A stretch of 64,000 nt of DNA from an uncultured Actinomycetota bacterium (GCA_963728075.1 CAVSIP010000003.1:404250-468249), one strand, 5' to 3'; positions 29,180 through 39,865 are shown, numbered from the stretch's first letter. Numbers and translations: made by a program. The notes: generated from the letters alone by a model not told the origin.

Positions 29180-30062
29180 GGGCCACCTCGCGGGTGCCGA
29201 ACAGCCCGCTCGGCCGCCACAGCAGCACCAGGATCATGATCACGTACGGCATGATCGATCCGAAGCCGTGGCCGAGGAAGCCGAGGTCGTTCTCGTACCC
29301 CGAGGTCATGGTCTCGGCGAGCCCGACGGTGATGCCGCCGGCCAGGGCGCCGCTGGTGGAGTCGAGCCCGCCGAGGATGGCCGCCGGGAAGGCGCGCAGG
29401 GCGATCAGCCCGGTGTTGTTGTCCAGGCCCGGGGTCGGGAACGCGGTGAGGAACACCGACGCCACGGCCGCGAGCACCCCGGCGATCACCCACGCGATCA
29501 TGGAGACCCGCCCCTGGCGGATGCCCATCAGCGCGGCCGCCTCGCCGTCCTCGGCGGAGGCGCGCATCGCGATGCCCCAGCCGGTGTACTTCTGCGCCAG
29601 CATGAACAGGGTGATCAGCCCGACCGCGATGATGATCGCCCACAGCCGGGTCTGCGGGACGTGGTAGCCGCCGATGCTGACGACCTGGCTGCCCCAGGGG
29701 TCGCCGGGCGTGAACACCTTCGAGCCGATCCGCCGGGTGAGCTCGGTCAGCAGGATGATGTCCACGCCGATCGTGAGGATGGCGAGCGCGTTGACGTCCG
29801 AGCCGCGCAGCGGACGGATGAGGAACCGCTCGACGAGCAGCGCGGCGAACGCGGCCACGGCCGCTCCGACCACGAAGGCCAGCGGGAAACCGAGGCTGGC
29901 GTGCGTCTCCGCGATGACGAAGCCACCCAGCAGCAGCAGTGAGCCGTGCGCGAAGTTCACCACCTCGGTCGCCTTGAAGATGACGACGAAACCGAGCGCG
30001 ATGAGCGAGTAGATGAAGCCGAGCGACACCCCACTGATGAGGAGCTCGATGAACTTCGTCAC
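29172..30062 (-). CDS. livH: Liv/Bra-type ABC transporter permease, LivH-like (operon II)
   Basis: 296 aa. MTKFIELLISGVSLGFIYSLIALGFVVIF... Overlaps its neighbours by 8 and 4 nt. Confidence 0.85.
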   Translation of the reverse strand: MTKFIELLISGVSLGFIYSLIALGFVVIFKATEVVNFAHGSLLLLGGFVIAETHASLGFPLAFVVGAAVAAFAALLVERFLIRPLRGSDVNALAILTIGVDIILLTELTRRIGSKVFTPGDPWGSQVVSIGGYHVPQTRLWAIIIAVGLITLFMLAQKYTGWGIAMRASAEDGEAAALMGIRQGRVSMIAWVIAGVLAAVASVFLTAFPTPGLDNNTGLIALRAFPAAILGGLDSTSGALAGGITVGLAETMTSGYENDLGFLGHGFGSIMPYVIMILVLLWRPSGLFGTREVARV

Positions 30063-30907
30063 GGAGTGGGGTCCCCCTTCTGCATCGGGTCGCGTTCGTC
30101 GGTGCCGAGGTAGGCGCGGATGACGTCGGGGTGCTGCTGGATCTGCTCGGGGCTGCCCTCGGCGACCAGGCGGCCGAAGTCGAGGACGGTGATCCGGTCG
30201 CAGATGCCCATGACCAGACCCATGTCGTGCTCGACGAGCAGGATCGAGATGCCCAGGGCGTTGCGGACCTGCAGGATCGTGGCGGCCATCCGCCGGGTCT
30301 CGTCGGCGTTCATGCCCGCCACCGGCTCGTCGAGGAGCAGGACCTGCGGCTCCATCGCCAGCGCGCGGGCGATCTCGACGCGCTTCTGGTCCCCGTAGGA
30401 GAGGTTGCCGGCGTACGCGTCGAGCTTGTCGCCGATCCCGAGGAAGCCGGCGATCTCCCGCACCCGCCCGGTGTGCCGCCGCCGCTCACGTACGGCGGCA
30501 GGCAGGGCCAGCCCGGTGCCGAGGAAGCCGGCTCGGGTGAGGTGGTGCCGGCCGAGCATGACGTTCTCCAGCACCGTCTGATGCTTGGACAGTGCGATGT
30601 TCTGGAACGCCCGCCCGACGCCGAGCGCGGCCACCCGGTGCGGCCGCAGGCCGGTGAGCTGGTTCTCGCCGAGGAACACCTGGCCCTCGGTGGCGCGGTA
30701 GACGCCGGAGATCACGTTGAAGCAGGTCGACTTGCCGGCACCGTTGGGGCCGATGAGGCCGTGGATGGTCCCGGGCTCGACGGTGAAGGACACGCCGGAG
30801 AGCGCCTCGACGCCGGCGAAGCGCATGGTGACGTCGCGGACGACCAGTGGGGGGAGCTCGACGTCGTGGCGAGGCAGGGCCTGGGCGGGCACGTTCATCC
30901 CGACCAC
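30059..30907 (-). CDS. livG: Liv/Bra-type ABC transporter ATP-binding protein, LivG-like (operon II)
   Basis: 282 aa. GPNGAGKST, LSYGDQKRVEIARAL, LLLDEPVAG. Confidence 0.85.
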   Translation of the reverse strand: MVGMNVPAQALPRHDVELPPLVVRDVTMRFAGVEALSGVSFTVEPGTIHGLIGPNGAGKSTCFNVISGVYRATEGQVFLGENQLTGLRPHRVAALGVGRAFQNIALSKHQTVLENVMLGRHHLTRAGFLGTGLALPAAVRERRRHTGRVREIAGFLGIGDKLDAYAGNLSYGDQKRVEIARALAMEPQVLLLDEPVAGMNADETRRMAATILQVRNALGISILLVEHDMGLVMGICDRITVLDFGRLVAEGSPEQIQQHPDVIRAYLGTDERDPMQKGDPTP

Positions 30908-31692
30908 CGGGACAGGGTCGCGCTGGTGCCGTTGGCGGCCAGCGCGCTGATCTCAGCGCGCTCGGCCGACGCGCGTCCGAGGTAGAGCTGCTGCACCTCG
31001 TCGCTACGCGCCAGCTCCCGGGCGCTCCCGGACAGCGACACCCTGCCCACGTCGAGCACGTACGCGTCGTGCGCGACCTCGAGGGCCATGTTCGCGTTCT
31101 GCTCGACGAGCAGCACCGCCGTGCCCTGCCGGTTGATCTCCGCGATCACCTCGCCGATCTGGCGGATGATGAGCGGGGCCAGCCCGAGCGACGGCTCGTC
31201 GAGGAGCAGCAGCCGCGGGCTCGCCATGAGCGCCCGGCCGATGGCGAGCATCTGCTGCTCGCCGCCCGACAGCAGACCCGCGCGCTGGCGCCGGCGCTCC
31301 ACGAGGACCGGGAACAGCTCCTCCACGCGAGCCCGGGCCTGCGCCACGGCGGCTCGGTCGGCGCTGCCCATGGCTCCGGCACGCAGGTTCTCCTCGACCG
31401 TCAGCCGCGAGAAGATGCGCCGGCCCTCGGGCGCCTGGACGACCCCGGCGGCCACGATCGTGGCCGGGTCACGTCCCCGCAGCGACCGCTCGCCGAGCCG
31501 GATGTCGCCGCTGTCGATGCCGCCCTTGTGCACGCGCAGGGTTCCGGAGATGGCCCGCAGCAGGGTGGACTTGCCGGCCCCGTTGCTGCCCAGCAGGGCG
31601 ACGACGGCGCCGTCGCGCACCTCGAGGGAGATCCCCTTGAGCGCCTGCACCGTGCCGCCGTAGGAGACATGCAGGTCCTCGACCTGAAGCAT
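30895..31692 (-). CDS. livF: Liv/Bra-type ABC transporter ATP-binding protein, LivF-like (operon II, first gene)
   Basis: 265 aa. GSNGAGKST, LSGGEQQML, LLLLDEPS. A roughly 25-aa C-terminal extension overlaps the livG start by 13 nt. Confidence 0.85.
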   Translation of the reverse strand: MLQVEDLHVSYGGTVQALKGISLEVRDGAVVALLGSNGAGKSTLLRAISGTLRVHKGGIDSGDIRLGERSLRGRDPATIVAAGVVQAPEGRRIFSRLTVEENLRAGAMGSADRAAVAQARARVEELFPVLVERRRQRAGLLSGGEQQMLAIGRALMASPRLLLLDEPSLGLAPLIIRQIGEVIAEINRQGTAVLLVEQNANMALEVAHDAYVLDVGRVSLSGSARELARSDEVQQLYLGRASAERAEISALAANGTSATLSRWSG

Positions 31693-31845
31693 GCCACCGC
31701 CCTTCCGCCGTTGGCTCGTCCTGCGATCCGCGCATTCAACCCTGTGATGTACGCCACAAGCACGCTCCGAGACCTAACCGTGACCTGAACGACGTCCGGG
31801 TTAGCCCGTACGGGCTCCGGCCGGCCGGCTCCGTAGCCTGGAGAG

Positions 31846-32526
31846 GTGTTCACCGTCGCGTTGGATACCGCCACCCCCGCTGTCGGGGCGGCGGTCGGTG
31901 ACGTCACCGACGGCGCGGGACGCCTGCTCGCCGAGCGGGTGCAGGTGGCGGTGAACCGGCACGGCGAGCTGCTCGCGCCCCTGCTCGCCGCCGCGCTGGC
32001 GGACGCCGGGGTGTCCACCGCCGACGTCGGCGCCGTCGTGGCCGGCACCGGCCCGGGCCCGTTCACCGGGCTGCGGGTCGGGCTGATGACCGCGACCGCG
32101 CTCGCCGACGCGCTCGGCTGCCCGACGTACGGCGTCTGCTCGCTGGATGCCCTGGCGGAGCAGCACGGCGGCGGGGACCTCGTGGCCGTGACCGACGCTC
32201 GTCGCAGGGAGGTCTACTGGGCGCGGTACCGCGACGGCCGGCGGGTGGACGGTCCGGCCGTGGAGGCGCCGGCCGCACTCGCCGGGAGGCTCCGCGACGC
32301 CGGGGACGGCGCCCGGCTGGTCGGGGCGGGGGCGTTGCTCCACCGCGAGGCGTTCGCCGGGCTGCCGCTCGACGAGCAGGCGCCCTATCCGTCCCCCGCC
32401 GCCCTGCTGCGGCTGGCCGCCCCGCGGATCAGCGCCGGGGCGCCGGGGGAGCCGCTGACCCCGCTGTACCTGCGGCGCCCGGACGCCGTGCCGCCCGGAC
32501 CGCGCAAGTCGGTGACCCCGGCATGA
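31846..32526 (+). CDS. tsaB: tRNA t6A37 biosynthesis protein TsaB
   Basis: 226 aa. MFTVALDTATPAVGAAV.., GPGPFTGLRVG motif. Confidence 0.85.
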   Translation: MFTVALDTATPAVGAAVGDVTDGAGRLLAERVQVAVNRHGELLAPLLAAALADAGVSTADVGAVVAGTGPGPFTGLRVGLMTATALADALGCPTYGVCSLDALAEQHGGGDLVAVTDARRREVYWARYRDGRRVDGPAVEAPAALAGRLRDAGDGARLVGAGALLHREAFAGLPLDEQAPYPSPAALLRLAAPRISAGAPGEPLTPLYLRRPDAVPPGPRKSVTPA

Positions 32527-33017
32527 GCGCCCCACCGCTGACCCGGCTGCGCCGGATGGGCCGGGAGGACCTCGACCGGGTCATGGTCGTCGAGCAGGCG
32601 CTGTTCGGCGACGAGGCGTGGACGCGGGGCATGCTCGACTCCGAGCTCACCCAGACCGGCAGTCGCTGGTACGTGCTCGCCGAGGAGGGTGACGAGGTCG
32701 TCGGCTACGCGGGGCTGTGTGCCTACGACCACGAGGCGTACGTCCAGACGATCGGCGTGCGCACCGACCGCTGGGGTCAGGGCCTCGGTACGCGGCTGCT
32801 CGAGGCGCTGCTGCGCGAGGCTGCGCGGCGAGGAAACGACGAGATCGTGCTCGAGGTGCGTGCCGACAACGACCGGGCGCAGCGGCTCTACCGGCGCTAC
32901 GGGTTCGACGCCGTCGGCCTGCGGCGGAGGTACTACCAGCCCAGCGGCACCGACGCCGTGGTGATGCGCGCCACCGGCCTCGTGGCCCGGTGGGGGACGA
33001 CGGAGGAGCCTTCGTGA
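32523..33017 (+). CDS. rimI: ribosomal-protein-alanine N-acetyltransferase (GNAT)
   Basis: 164 aa. ATGA overlap with tsaB. GNAT motif A ([20 protein letters not shown]). Confidence 0.82.
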   Translation: MSAPPLTRLRRMGREDLDRVMVVEQALFGDEAWTRGMLDSELTQTGSRWYVLAEEGDEVVGYAGLCAYDHEAYVQTIGVRTDRWGQGLGTRLLEALLREAARRGNDEIVLEVRADNDRAQRLYRRYGFDAVGLRRRYYQPSGTDAVVMRATGLVARWGTTEEPS

Positions 33018-34030
33018 CCGCACCGCTCGTGCTCGGGATCGAGACGTCGTGCGACGAGACCGGAGTCGGTGTCGTCCGCGGCAGCGAGCTGCTCGCCGAC
33101 GCGGTCGCCTCCAGCGTCGAGGAGCACGCCCGCTTCGGTGGCGTCGTGCCGGAGGTGGCCTCGCGCGCGCACCTGGAGGCGATGGCGCCGACCGTGCACC
33201 GGGCGCTGGAGCAGGCCGGGGTCGGTCTGGCGGACGTCGACGCGATCGCGGTGACCGCCGGGCCCGGTCTCGCCGGTGCCCTGCTCGTGGGCGTCGCGGC
33301 GGCGAAGGCGTACGCGCTTGCGCTCGCCAAGCCGCTGTACGGCGTCAACCACCTGTCGGCACACGTCGCCGTCGACGTGCTCGAGCACGGCCCCCTGCCG
33401 GAGCCGTGCGTGGCGCTGCTCGTCTCGGGTGGGCACTCCTCGCTGCTCGTCGTGCCGGACGTCACCGGCCCCGTGCAGTCGCTCGGGCAGACCGTGGACG
33501 ACGCGGCAGGGGAGGCCTTCGACAAGGTGGCCCGGGTGCTCGGGCTGCCCTTCCCCGGCGGGCCGTACATCGACCGGGCCGCGCGCGAGGGCCACCCGGA
33601 CGCCGTCGCGTTCCCGCGCGGGGTGGTGCGCGACGCGCCGTACGCGTTCACCTTCTCCGGGCTGAAGACCGCGGTCGCCCGCTGGGTGGAGGACCGGGAG
33701 CGGGCCGGTGAGCCCGTCCCCGTGGCCGACGTCGCGGCGTCGTTCCAGGAGGCGGTCGCGGACGTGCTCACGGCGCGTGCCGTGCGCGCCTGCCGCGAGC
33801 ACGGGGTGGACCACCTGGTCATCGGCGGCGGCGTCGCGGCGAACTCACGCCTGCGCGCGCTCGCGGAGGAGCGCTGCGCCGCGGCCGGCGTCCGGCTGCG
33901 CGTGCCGCGCCCGGGGCTGTGCACCGACAACGGGGCCATGGTCGCCGCGCTCGGGGCACTCATGGTCGAGCGGGAGGTCGAGCCGTCGCCGCTCGGCCTC
34001 GCTGCGGACTCCTCCCTCGCCCTCGCTTAG
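33014..34030 (+). CDS. tsaD: tRNA N6-adenosine threonylcarbamoyltransferase TsaD
   Basis: GTG 33014 overlaps the rimI stop. [16 protein letters not shown].., HLEAM.., [10 protein letters not shown]. Confidence 0.9.
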   Translation: MTAPLVLGIETSCDETGVGVVRGSELLADAVASSVEEHARFGGVVPEVASRAHLEAMAPTVHRALEQAGVGLADVDAIAVTAGPGLAGALLVGVAAAKAYALALAKPLYGVNHLSAHVAVDVLEHGPLPEPCVALLVSGGHSSLLVVPDVTGPVQSLGQTVDDAAGEAFDKVARVLGLPFPGGPYIDRAAREGHPDAVAFPRGVVRDAPYAFTFSGLKTAVARWVEDRERAGEPVPVADVAASFQEAVADVLTARAVRACREHGVDHLVIGGGVAANSRLRALAEERCAAAGVRLRVPRPGLCTDNGAMVAALGALMVEREVEPSPLGLAADSSLALA

Positions 34031-34053
34031 CACCCCGAGTTGACGAGTGCCAG
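34027..34053 (+). promoter_or_regulatory. CIRCE-like HrcA operator 1 (imperfect)
   Basis: TTAGCACCC-N9-GAGTGCCAG, 15/18 matches to TTAGCACTC-N9-GAGTGCTAA. Overlaps the tsaD stop codon and contains the -35 hexamer. Confidence 0.6.
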
Positions 34054-34069
34054 CCGCTGGCCCTAGATT
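34040..34069 (+). promoter_or_regulatory. groES-groEL promoter
   Basis: TTGACG (34040-34045), 18-nt spacer, TAGATT (34064-34069), interleaved with the two CIRCE elements. Confidence 0.6.
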
Positions 34070-34094
34070 GGCACTCGGCGCAGGTGAGTGCCAA
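34068..34094 (+). promoter_or_regulatory. CIRCE HrcA operator 2 (perfect palindrome, actinobacterial variant)
   Basis: TTGGCACTC-N9-GAGTGCCAA. Arms are exact reverse complements, 16/18 to consensus. Overlaps the -10 and the start of the 5' UTR of groES. Confidence 0.85.
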
Positions 34095-34185
34095 TCAGCG
34101 ACGAGGCTCCTGGACACCCGCGACGGACAGGTTGCCGAACTCGCCTCCACCACGAACTCCGCAAGGTGAACGGGGAGGTCAGGTC

Positions 34186-34491
34186 GTGACGACCGCCACC
34201 AAGGTAGCCATCAAGCCCCTCGAGGACCGCATCGTCGTGCAGGTCGTCGAGGCCGAGCAGACCACGGCGTCCGGGCTCGTGATCCCGGACACCGCCAAGG
34301 AGAAGCCCCAGGAGGGCATCGTTCTCGCCGTCGGCCCCGGCCGGTTCGAGGACGGGGCACGCGTGCCGCTCGACGTCAGTGTCGGCGACACCGTGATCTT
34401 CAGCAAGTACGGCGGCACCGAGGTCAAGTACAACGGCGAGGAGTACCTCGTGCTCTCGGCCCGCGACGTGCTCGCGGTCATCGAGAAGTAG
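34186..34491 (+). CDS. groES: co-chaperonin GroES
   Basis: GTG 34186 after [53 protein letters not shown]... Confidence 0.93.
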   Translation: MTTATKVAIKPLEDRIVVQVVEAEQTTASGLVIPDTAKEKPQEGIVLAVGPGRFEDGARVPLDVSVGDTVIFSKYGGTEVKYNGEEYLVLSARDVLAVIEK

Positions 34492-34544
34492 AACGTCGAG
34501 CGCGAACGCCCCGGAGGCCCCTGGCACCCGGGGCGTCGCCATGA

Positions 34545-36191
<1,647 letters not shown>

Positions 36192-36210
36192 CGCGAGGCC
36201 GTACCACGTC

Positions 36211-36252
36211 CGCGTGACGCCCTGCCGGCTCCGGTCGGCAGGGCGTCACGCG
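36211..36252 (+). terminator. groEL terminator hairpin
   Basis: Perfect 17-bp stem cgcgtgacgccctgccg / cggcagggcgtcacgcg with an 8-nt loop, 20 nt after the stop. Confidence 0.75.
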
Positions 36253-36281
36253 CGTTCGGGTGGGGTTAGCCTGCTCCTGCC

Positions 36282-37205
36282 GTGACCTCCGACCTGTCCT
36301 CGCTGCTCGCCGCCGGTGAGCGTGCGGTGTTCCACGGCTCGCCCGCGGCCGCGGTCGAGGCCCTGGACCCGGCCGTACGCACCGCGCGCGATCTCGGCCG
36401 CACCGCGGAGGCGGGCGCGGCGGCCTGGCTGCTCGGCGTCGCCCTGGCCGCCCTCGGCCGGTACGGCGACGCGCTCGCGGTCCAGCTGGACCTGCTCGCC
36501 CGTGGCGAGCAGCCTGGGGCCGCCCCCGAGGTCCGCATGGTCGGCGCCCTGGCCGGCGCTGCCGCCGCCGCGGTGCACCGGGCCGTGGGCGGCCACGCGG
36601 AAGCGCGCCGGCTCGACGAGCGCGGGCTCGCCCTGGCGCCCGGCAGCGACGACGCCGCGTTCGACTGCCTGCTCGGCCTCGCCTCCGACGCCGTGGGTGC
36701 GGCCGACCCGGACCGGGTGCGGACGTGTCTCGCGGAGGCGGAGAGCCTCCTGGCCGGCCATCCGGAGTGGTGGCGGCAGCAGGTGCGCGCCGGCTGGGTC
36801 CGTACCGAGCTGGCGTTGCTGGTCGGTGACGCGGGGGCGGCCGTCGCCGAGGCGGGCGCAGCGGTGGCGCTGGCCGAGCGCTCGCGGGCTCCGCGCCACG
36901 TGGCCAAGGGGCTGCTGTTCCTGGCCGTCGCGCAGCTCGACGTCGACGAGCAGGCGGCGCTGACGACGCTGCACCGAGCCGTGGTCCTGGCCGAGGGGCT
37001 CGGCGCGGTGCCCGTCGCCTGGGCGGCGCGGGCGCTGCTCGGCACCCTGCTGCGTGGAGCCGAGGCAGCCGGTGCGCAGGAGTGCCTGCGCGCGGCGGCG
37101 GCCGGTGCCCGGCAGATCGCCGCCGGCCTCCCGGAGGACCTGCGGGTGGCCTGGCTGTCGCGCCCCGACGTCGCGGCCGTGATGTCCACGGCTCCACCCG
37201 CTTGA
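36282..37205 (+). CDS. hypothetical Ala/Leu-rich helical protein (possibly TPR-like)
   Basis: 307-aa ORF. The plus frame shows the strong G/C third-position bias seen in neighbouring genes, and the competing minus-strand ORFs do not look like proteins. No motif recognised. Confidence 0.5.
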   Translation: MTSDLSSLLAAGERAVFHGSPAAAVEALDPAVRTARDLGRTAEAGAAAWLLGVALAALGRYGDALAVQLDLLARGEQPGAAPEVRMVGALAGAAAAAVHRAVGGHAEARRLDERGLALAPGSDDAAFDCLLGLASDAVGAADPDRVRTCLAEAESLLAGHPEWWRQQVRAGWVRTELALLVGDAGAAVAEAGAAVALAERSRAPRHVAKGLLFLAVAQLDVDEQAALTTLHRAVVLAEGLGAVPVAWAARALLGTLLRGAEAAGAQECLRAAAAGARQIAAGLPEDLRVAWLSRPDVAAVMSTAPPA

Positions 37206-37236
37206 GATCGGGGCGCGGCATGCCGACACAGTCCTC

Positions 37237-37827
37237 GTGACGACCACCGTGCTCATCTGCGACGACGCCGGCCCGGTTCGGGATGAGTTGCGGCGGTTCG
37301 TCGCCCAGGTCCCGGGCGTGGACCGCGTGGACGCCGTGCAGAGCGGGGAGGAGGTGCTCGCGCGCTGGCCGCTGGACCGGCCGAGGCTGGTCCTCATGGG
37401 CGTGCGCAGCTCCGGCGGGCTGGGTGCCGTCGAGACGACCCGCCGGCTGATGCGCGCCCACCCCGACGCGACGGTCGTCATGCTCAGCACGGACGGTGAC
37501 GACGTCTCGGTGGCGGAGGCCATCGCCGGCGGTGCGCGGGGCTTCCTCACGAAGGGTCTCGGCGTGGAGCAGGTCTCTGCAGCCGTCGCGGGTGCGCTCG
37601 CCGTGGCAGAGGTGCCCCGCCAGCCGGGTTATCAGCCGCTCACCGAGCGGGAGCTGCAGGTGCTCCGGGGGATGGCCGAGGGGCGCAGCAACGCCGAGAT
37701 CGGGCGCGAGCTGTTCCTGTCGGAGGACACCGTGAAGACCCATGCGCGCCGGCTGTTCCGCAAGCTCGGTGTCCGCGACCGTGCTCAGGCGGTCGCGCTC
37801 GGCTTCCGAATGGGCCTCGTCAGCTGA
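37237..37827 (+). CDS. BldM-like NarL/LuxR-family response regulator with degenerate receiver (Gly at phospho-acceptor position)
   Basis: 196 aa. Receiver ([23 protein letters not shown]) plus LuxR HTH ([52 protein letters not shown]). Position between groEL and the ECF sigma/guaB matches bldM in Streptomyces. Confidence 0.8.
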   Translation: MTTTVLICDDAGPVRDELRRFVAQVPGVDRVDAVQSGEEVLARWPLDRPRLVLMGVRSSGGLGAVETTRRLMRAHPDATVVMLSTDGDDVSVAEAIAGGARGFLTKGLGVEQVSAAVAGALAVAEVPRQPGYQPLTERELQVLRGMAEGRSNAEIGRELFLSEDTVKTHARRLFRKLGVRDRAQAVALGFRMGLVS

Positions 37828-37891
37828 GTTCTCGCCGTACGCTGTCTGCGGGCACGGTGTCCTCGGCGTAACGACGGGAGCTCCTCAGACG

Positions 37892-38491
37892 ATGGATGCA
37901 GCGGTGGACGACGACGCGCTGGTCGGCCTCACCGCCCGCGCAGTCGCCGGTGACCGCGAGGCGGCTGGCGCGCTGCTGGCTCACCTCCGTCCTGCCGTCG
38001 TGCGCTACTGCCGCGTACGGCTCGGGCGGATGTCCGGTTCCTACGACGCCGCCGACGACGTGGCGCAGGAGGTGTGCCTCGCGGTGCTCACTGCACTGCC
38101 GCGCTACCGCGACCAGGGCCGCCCCTTCGCAGCGTTCGTCTTCGGTATCGCCGCCCACAAGGTCGCCGACGCGCACCGCGCCGCTGCCCGTCGTCCGCTG
38201 CCCACCGCGGAGCTGCCCGAGCGGCCCGAACCGACGGCGGGTCCGGAGGACCTCGCCGTCGCCTCCGACGAGGCCCGGCGGGCGCGCGCCCTGCTCGCGG
38301 AGCTGCCCGAGCAGGCTCGTGAGCTGCTGCTGCTGCGCGTCGTGGCGGGCCTGTCCGCCGAGGAGACCGCGGACGTCCTCGGCATGACTCCTGGTGCCGT
38401 GCGCGTGGCCCAGCACCGGGCGCTGCGCCGGCTGCGCGGCATGGCCGACACGCACTCCCTCACCGCTCCCGCCCTGGGAGGTGTCCGATGA
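37892..38491 (+). CDS. ECF-type RNA polymerase sigma factor (SigD-like by synteny)
   Basis: ATG 37892. Region 2 ([35 protein letters not shown]) and region 4 ([38 protein letters not shown]). Confidence 0.85.
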   Translation: MDAAVDDDALVGLTARAVAGDREAAGALLAHLRPAVVRYCRVRLGRMSGSYDAADDVAQEVCLAVLTALPRYRDQGRPFAAFVFGIAAHKVADAHRAAARRPLPTAELPERPEPTAGPEDLAVASDEARRARALLAELPEQARELLLLRVVAGLSAEETADVLGMTPGAVRVAQHRALRRLRGMADTHSLTAPALGGVR

Positions 38492-39423
38492 TCGACTTCG
38501 ACCCTACGGCGATCAGCCTGGACGACCTCGACCTCGACCGCGTCGGTGCCGGTGGTCCGGCCGGCGACGACCCGCTGCTGCAGCTGTTCGCGGCGCTGCG
38601 CGACGAGGTGGACCCCGGCGACTGCCTGGACGAGCACTTCCCGGACCTGGCGGACCTGGCGCCGGAGCCGCCCGCGCCTCTCGGTCGGCGCGCCGGCCGA
38701 CACCACCGGTCCCGCAGCGCCGTCGCGGCGGCGGCGTCGGTCGCCGTCCTCGCTGCCGGTGGCCTGACGGCTGCGGGCCTGACGGCCGGCCCCGGCAACC
38801 CGCTCTACCCGATCCGCGCGGCCCTCCTGGGCCCGGCGGAGCACGGGCATCCCATCGGCGTCGTGGCGGTCCGCTTCCTGCTCACCGGGGCCGAGCACGA
38901 CATCGCCAGCGGCCAGATCGCCCGCGCCCGGGTCCGGCTCGTCGAGGCGGAGCGCCAGCTGCACGGCCTCGACCCGGTGACGTCGGCTCCCGAGCGGGTT
39001 CGGCTCACCGAGCTGCAGAAGCAGATCGACCCGACCCCACCGAAGCCCAGCGCCACCGCGACGACGGCGGGTGTGGCCCCCGCGACCACCGGGTCGACCC
39101 CGTCCGGCGCGCCGAGCGATCCGGCGACGACAGCAGCCACGGCGTCGGACCCCGCCACGACCGGGCCGTCCACCACGCAGACCAGCACCGCGCCCTCGAC
39201 GACGGACAGCACGGGAACCTCCTCGCAGGAGCCCACCCCGGATGCGTCGACGAGCTCGCCGCCGGAGCGCAACCCGTGGCAGGGGCACGGCCGCCCGCCG
39301 CAGGCGAGCGACTCGCCGACGCCCACGCCGACGACGTCGTCGGACCCCACGCCCACGGACGGGGCCACGCCGTCGGACTCCCCGACGACCGCGAGCGCCG
39401 ACCCGTCGGCCGGCACCGGCTGA
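38488..39423 (+). CDS. anti-sigma factor (RsdA-like), single-pass membrane protein with Pro/Thr/Ser-rich extracytoplasmic tail
   Basis: ATGA overlap with the sigma gene. One TM ([21 protein letters not shown]). About 130 aa of P/T/S low complexity at the C-terminus. Confidence 0.65.
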   Translation: MIDFDPTAISLDDLDLDRVGAGGPAGDDPLLQLFAALRDEVDPGDCLDEHFPDLADLAPEPPAPLGRRAGRHHRSRSAVAAAASVAVLAAGGLTAAGLTAGPGNPLYPIRAALLGPAEHGHPIGVVAVRFLLTGAEHDIASGQIARARVRLVEAERQLHGLDPVTSAPERVRLTELQKQIDPTPPKPSATATTAGVAPATTGSTPSGAPSDPATTAATASDPATTGPSTTQTSTAPSTTDSTGTSSQEPTPDASTSSPPERNPWQGHGRPPQASDSPTPTPTTSSDPTPTDGATPSDSPTTASADPSAGTG

Positions 39424-39427
39424 GTCG

Positions 39428-39865
39428 TCAGCCTCCGCGCGAGGGCCGGTCGTCCTCGGCCGCGTCCATGACGCCGTCCGCGAAGCCGCGCGCGTAGTCC
39501 CAGGACACGTACTCCGCCGGGTCGGGGCTGAAGGCCGGCTCGTGCACGCGGGTGACGCCCACGTCGAGCAGGTGGCGCAGGTTGCCCCGGAGCAGGTCCC
39601 AGGAGAAGTAGTGCGGCTCCTGGCAGTCGTCGCAGTCCACCACGAGGCCGCGCACCCCACGCGGACCGAGCAGCGCCTGGAACACCTCGAGGTCCTCGAG
39701 GTCGGCGAGCACCTCCTCGCGCTCGTCGGGCGTCAGCGCGCCGATCTCGTCGTCGTCGGGGAACTCGCGGGCGGGATCGGACGGGTCGCCGGCGAACGGG
39801 TCGATCGGCGTGTCGTCCTGCATGCCGCCACGGTAACGCGCGGCGACGGTGCGCGCCGATACCAT
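39428..39865 (-). CDS. DUF5319-family protein (Rv3412-like)
   Basis: Conserved core GLVVDCDDCQEPHYFSWDLLRGNLRHLL..HEPAFSPDPAEYVSWDYARGFADG. SD GGGAGGA 8 nt before ATG 39865. Alternative ATG at 39823. Confidence 0.7.
   Translation of the reverse strand: MVSARTVAARYRGGMQDDTPIDPFAGDPSDPAREFPDDDEIGALTPDEREEVLADLEDLEVFQALLGPRGVRGLVVDCDDCQEPHYFSWDLLRGNLRHLLDVGVTRVHEPAFSPDPAEYVSWDYARGFADGVMDAAEDDRPSRGG

Noticed and set aside
17176-31845. Interpreting the tsaE-tsaB insert as a mobile genomic island
   Set aside because: There is no integrase, transposase or recombinase, no tRNA or tmRNA target, no flanking direct repeats that I could find, and no visible compositional break. It is treated as a non-mobile lineage-specific insertion.
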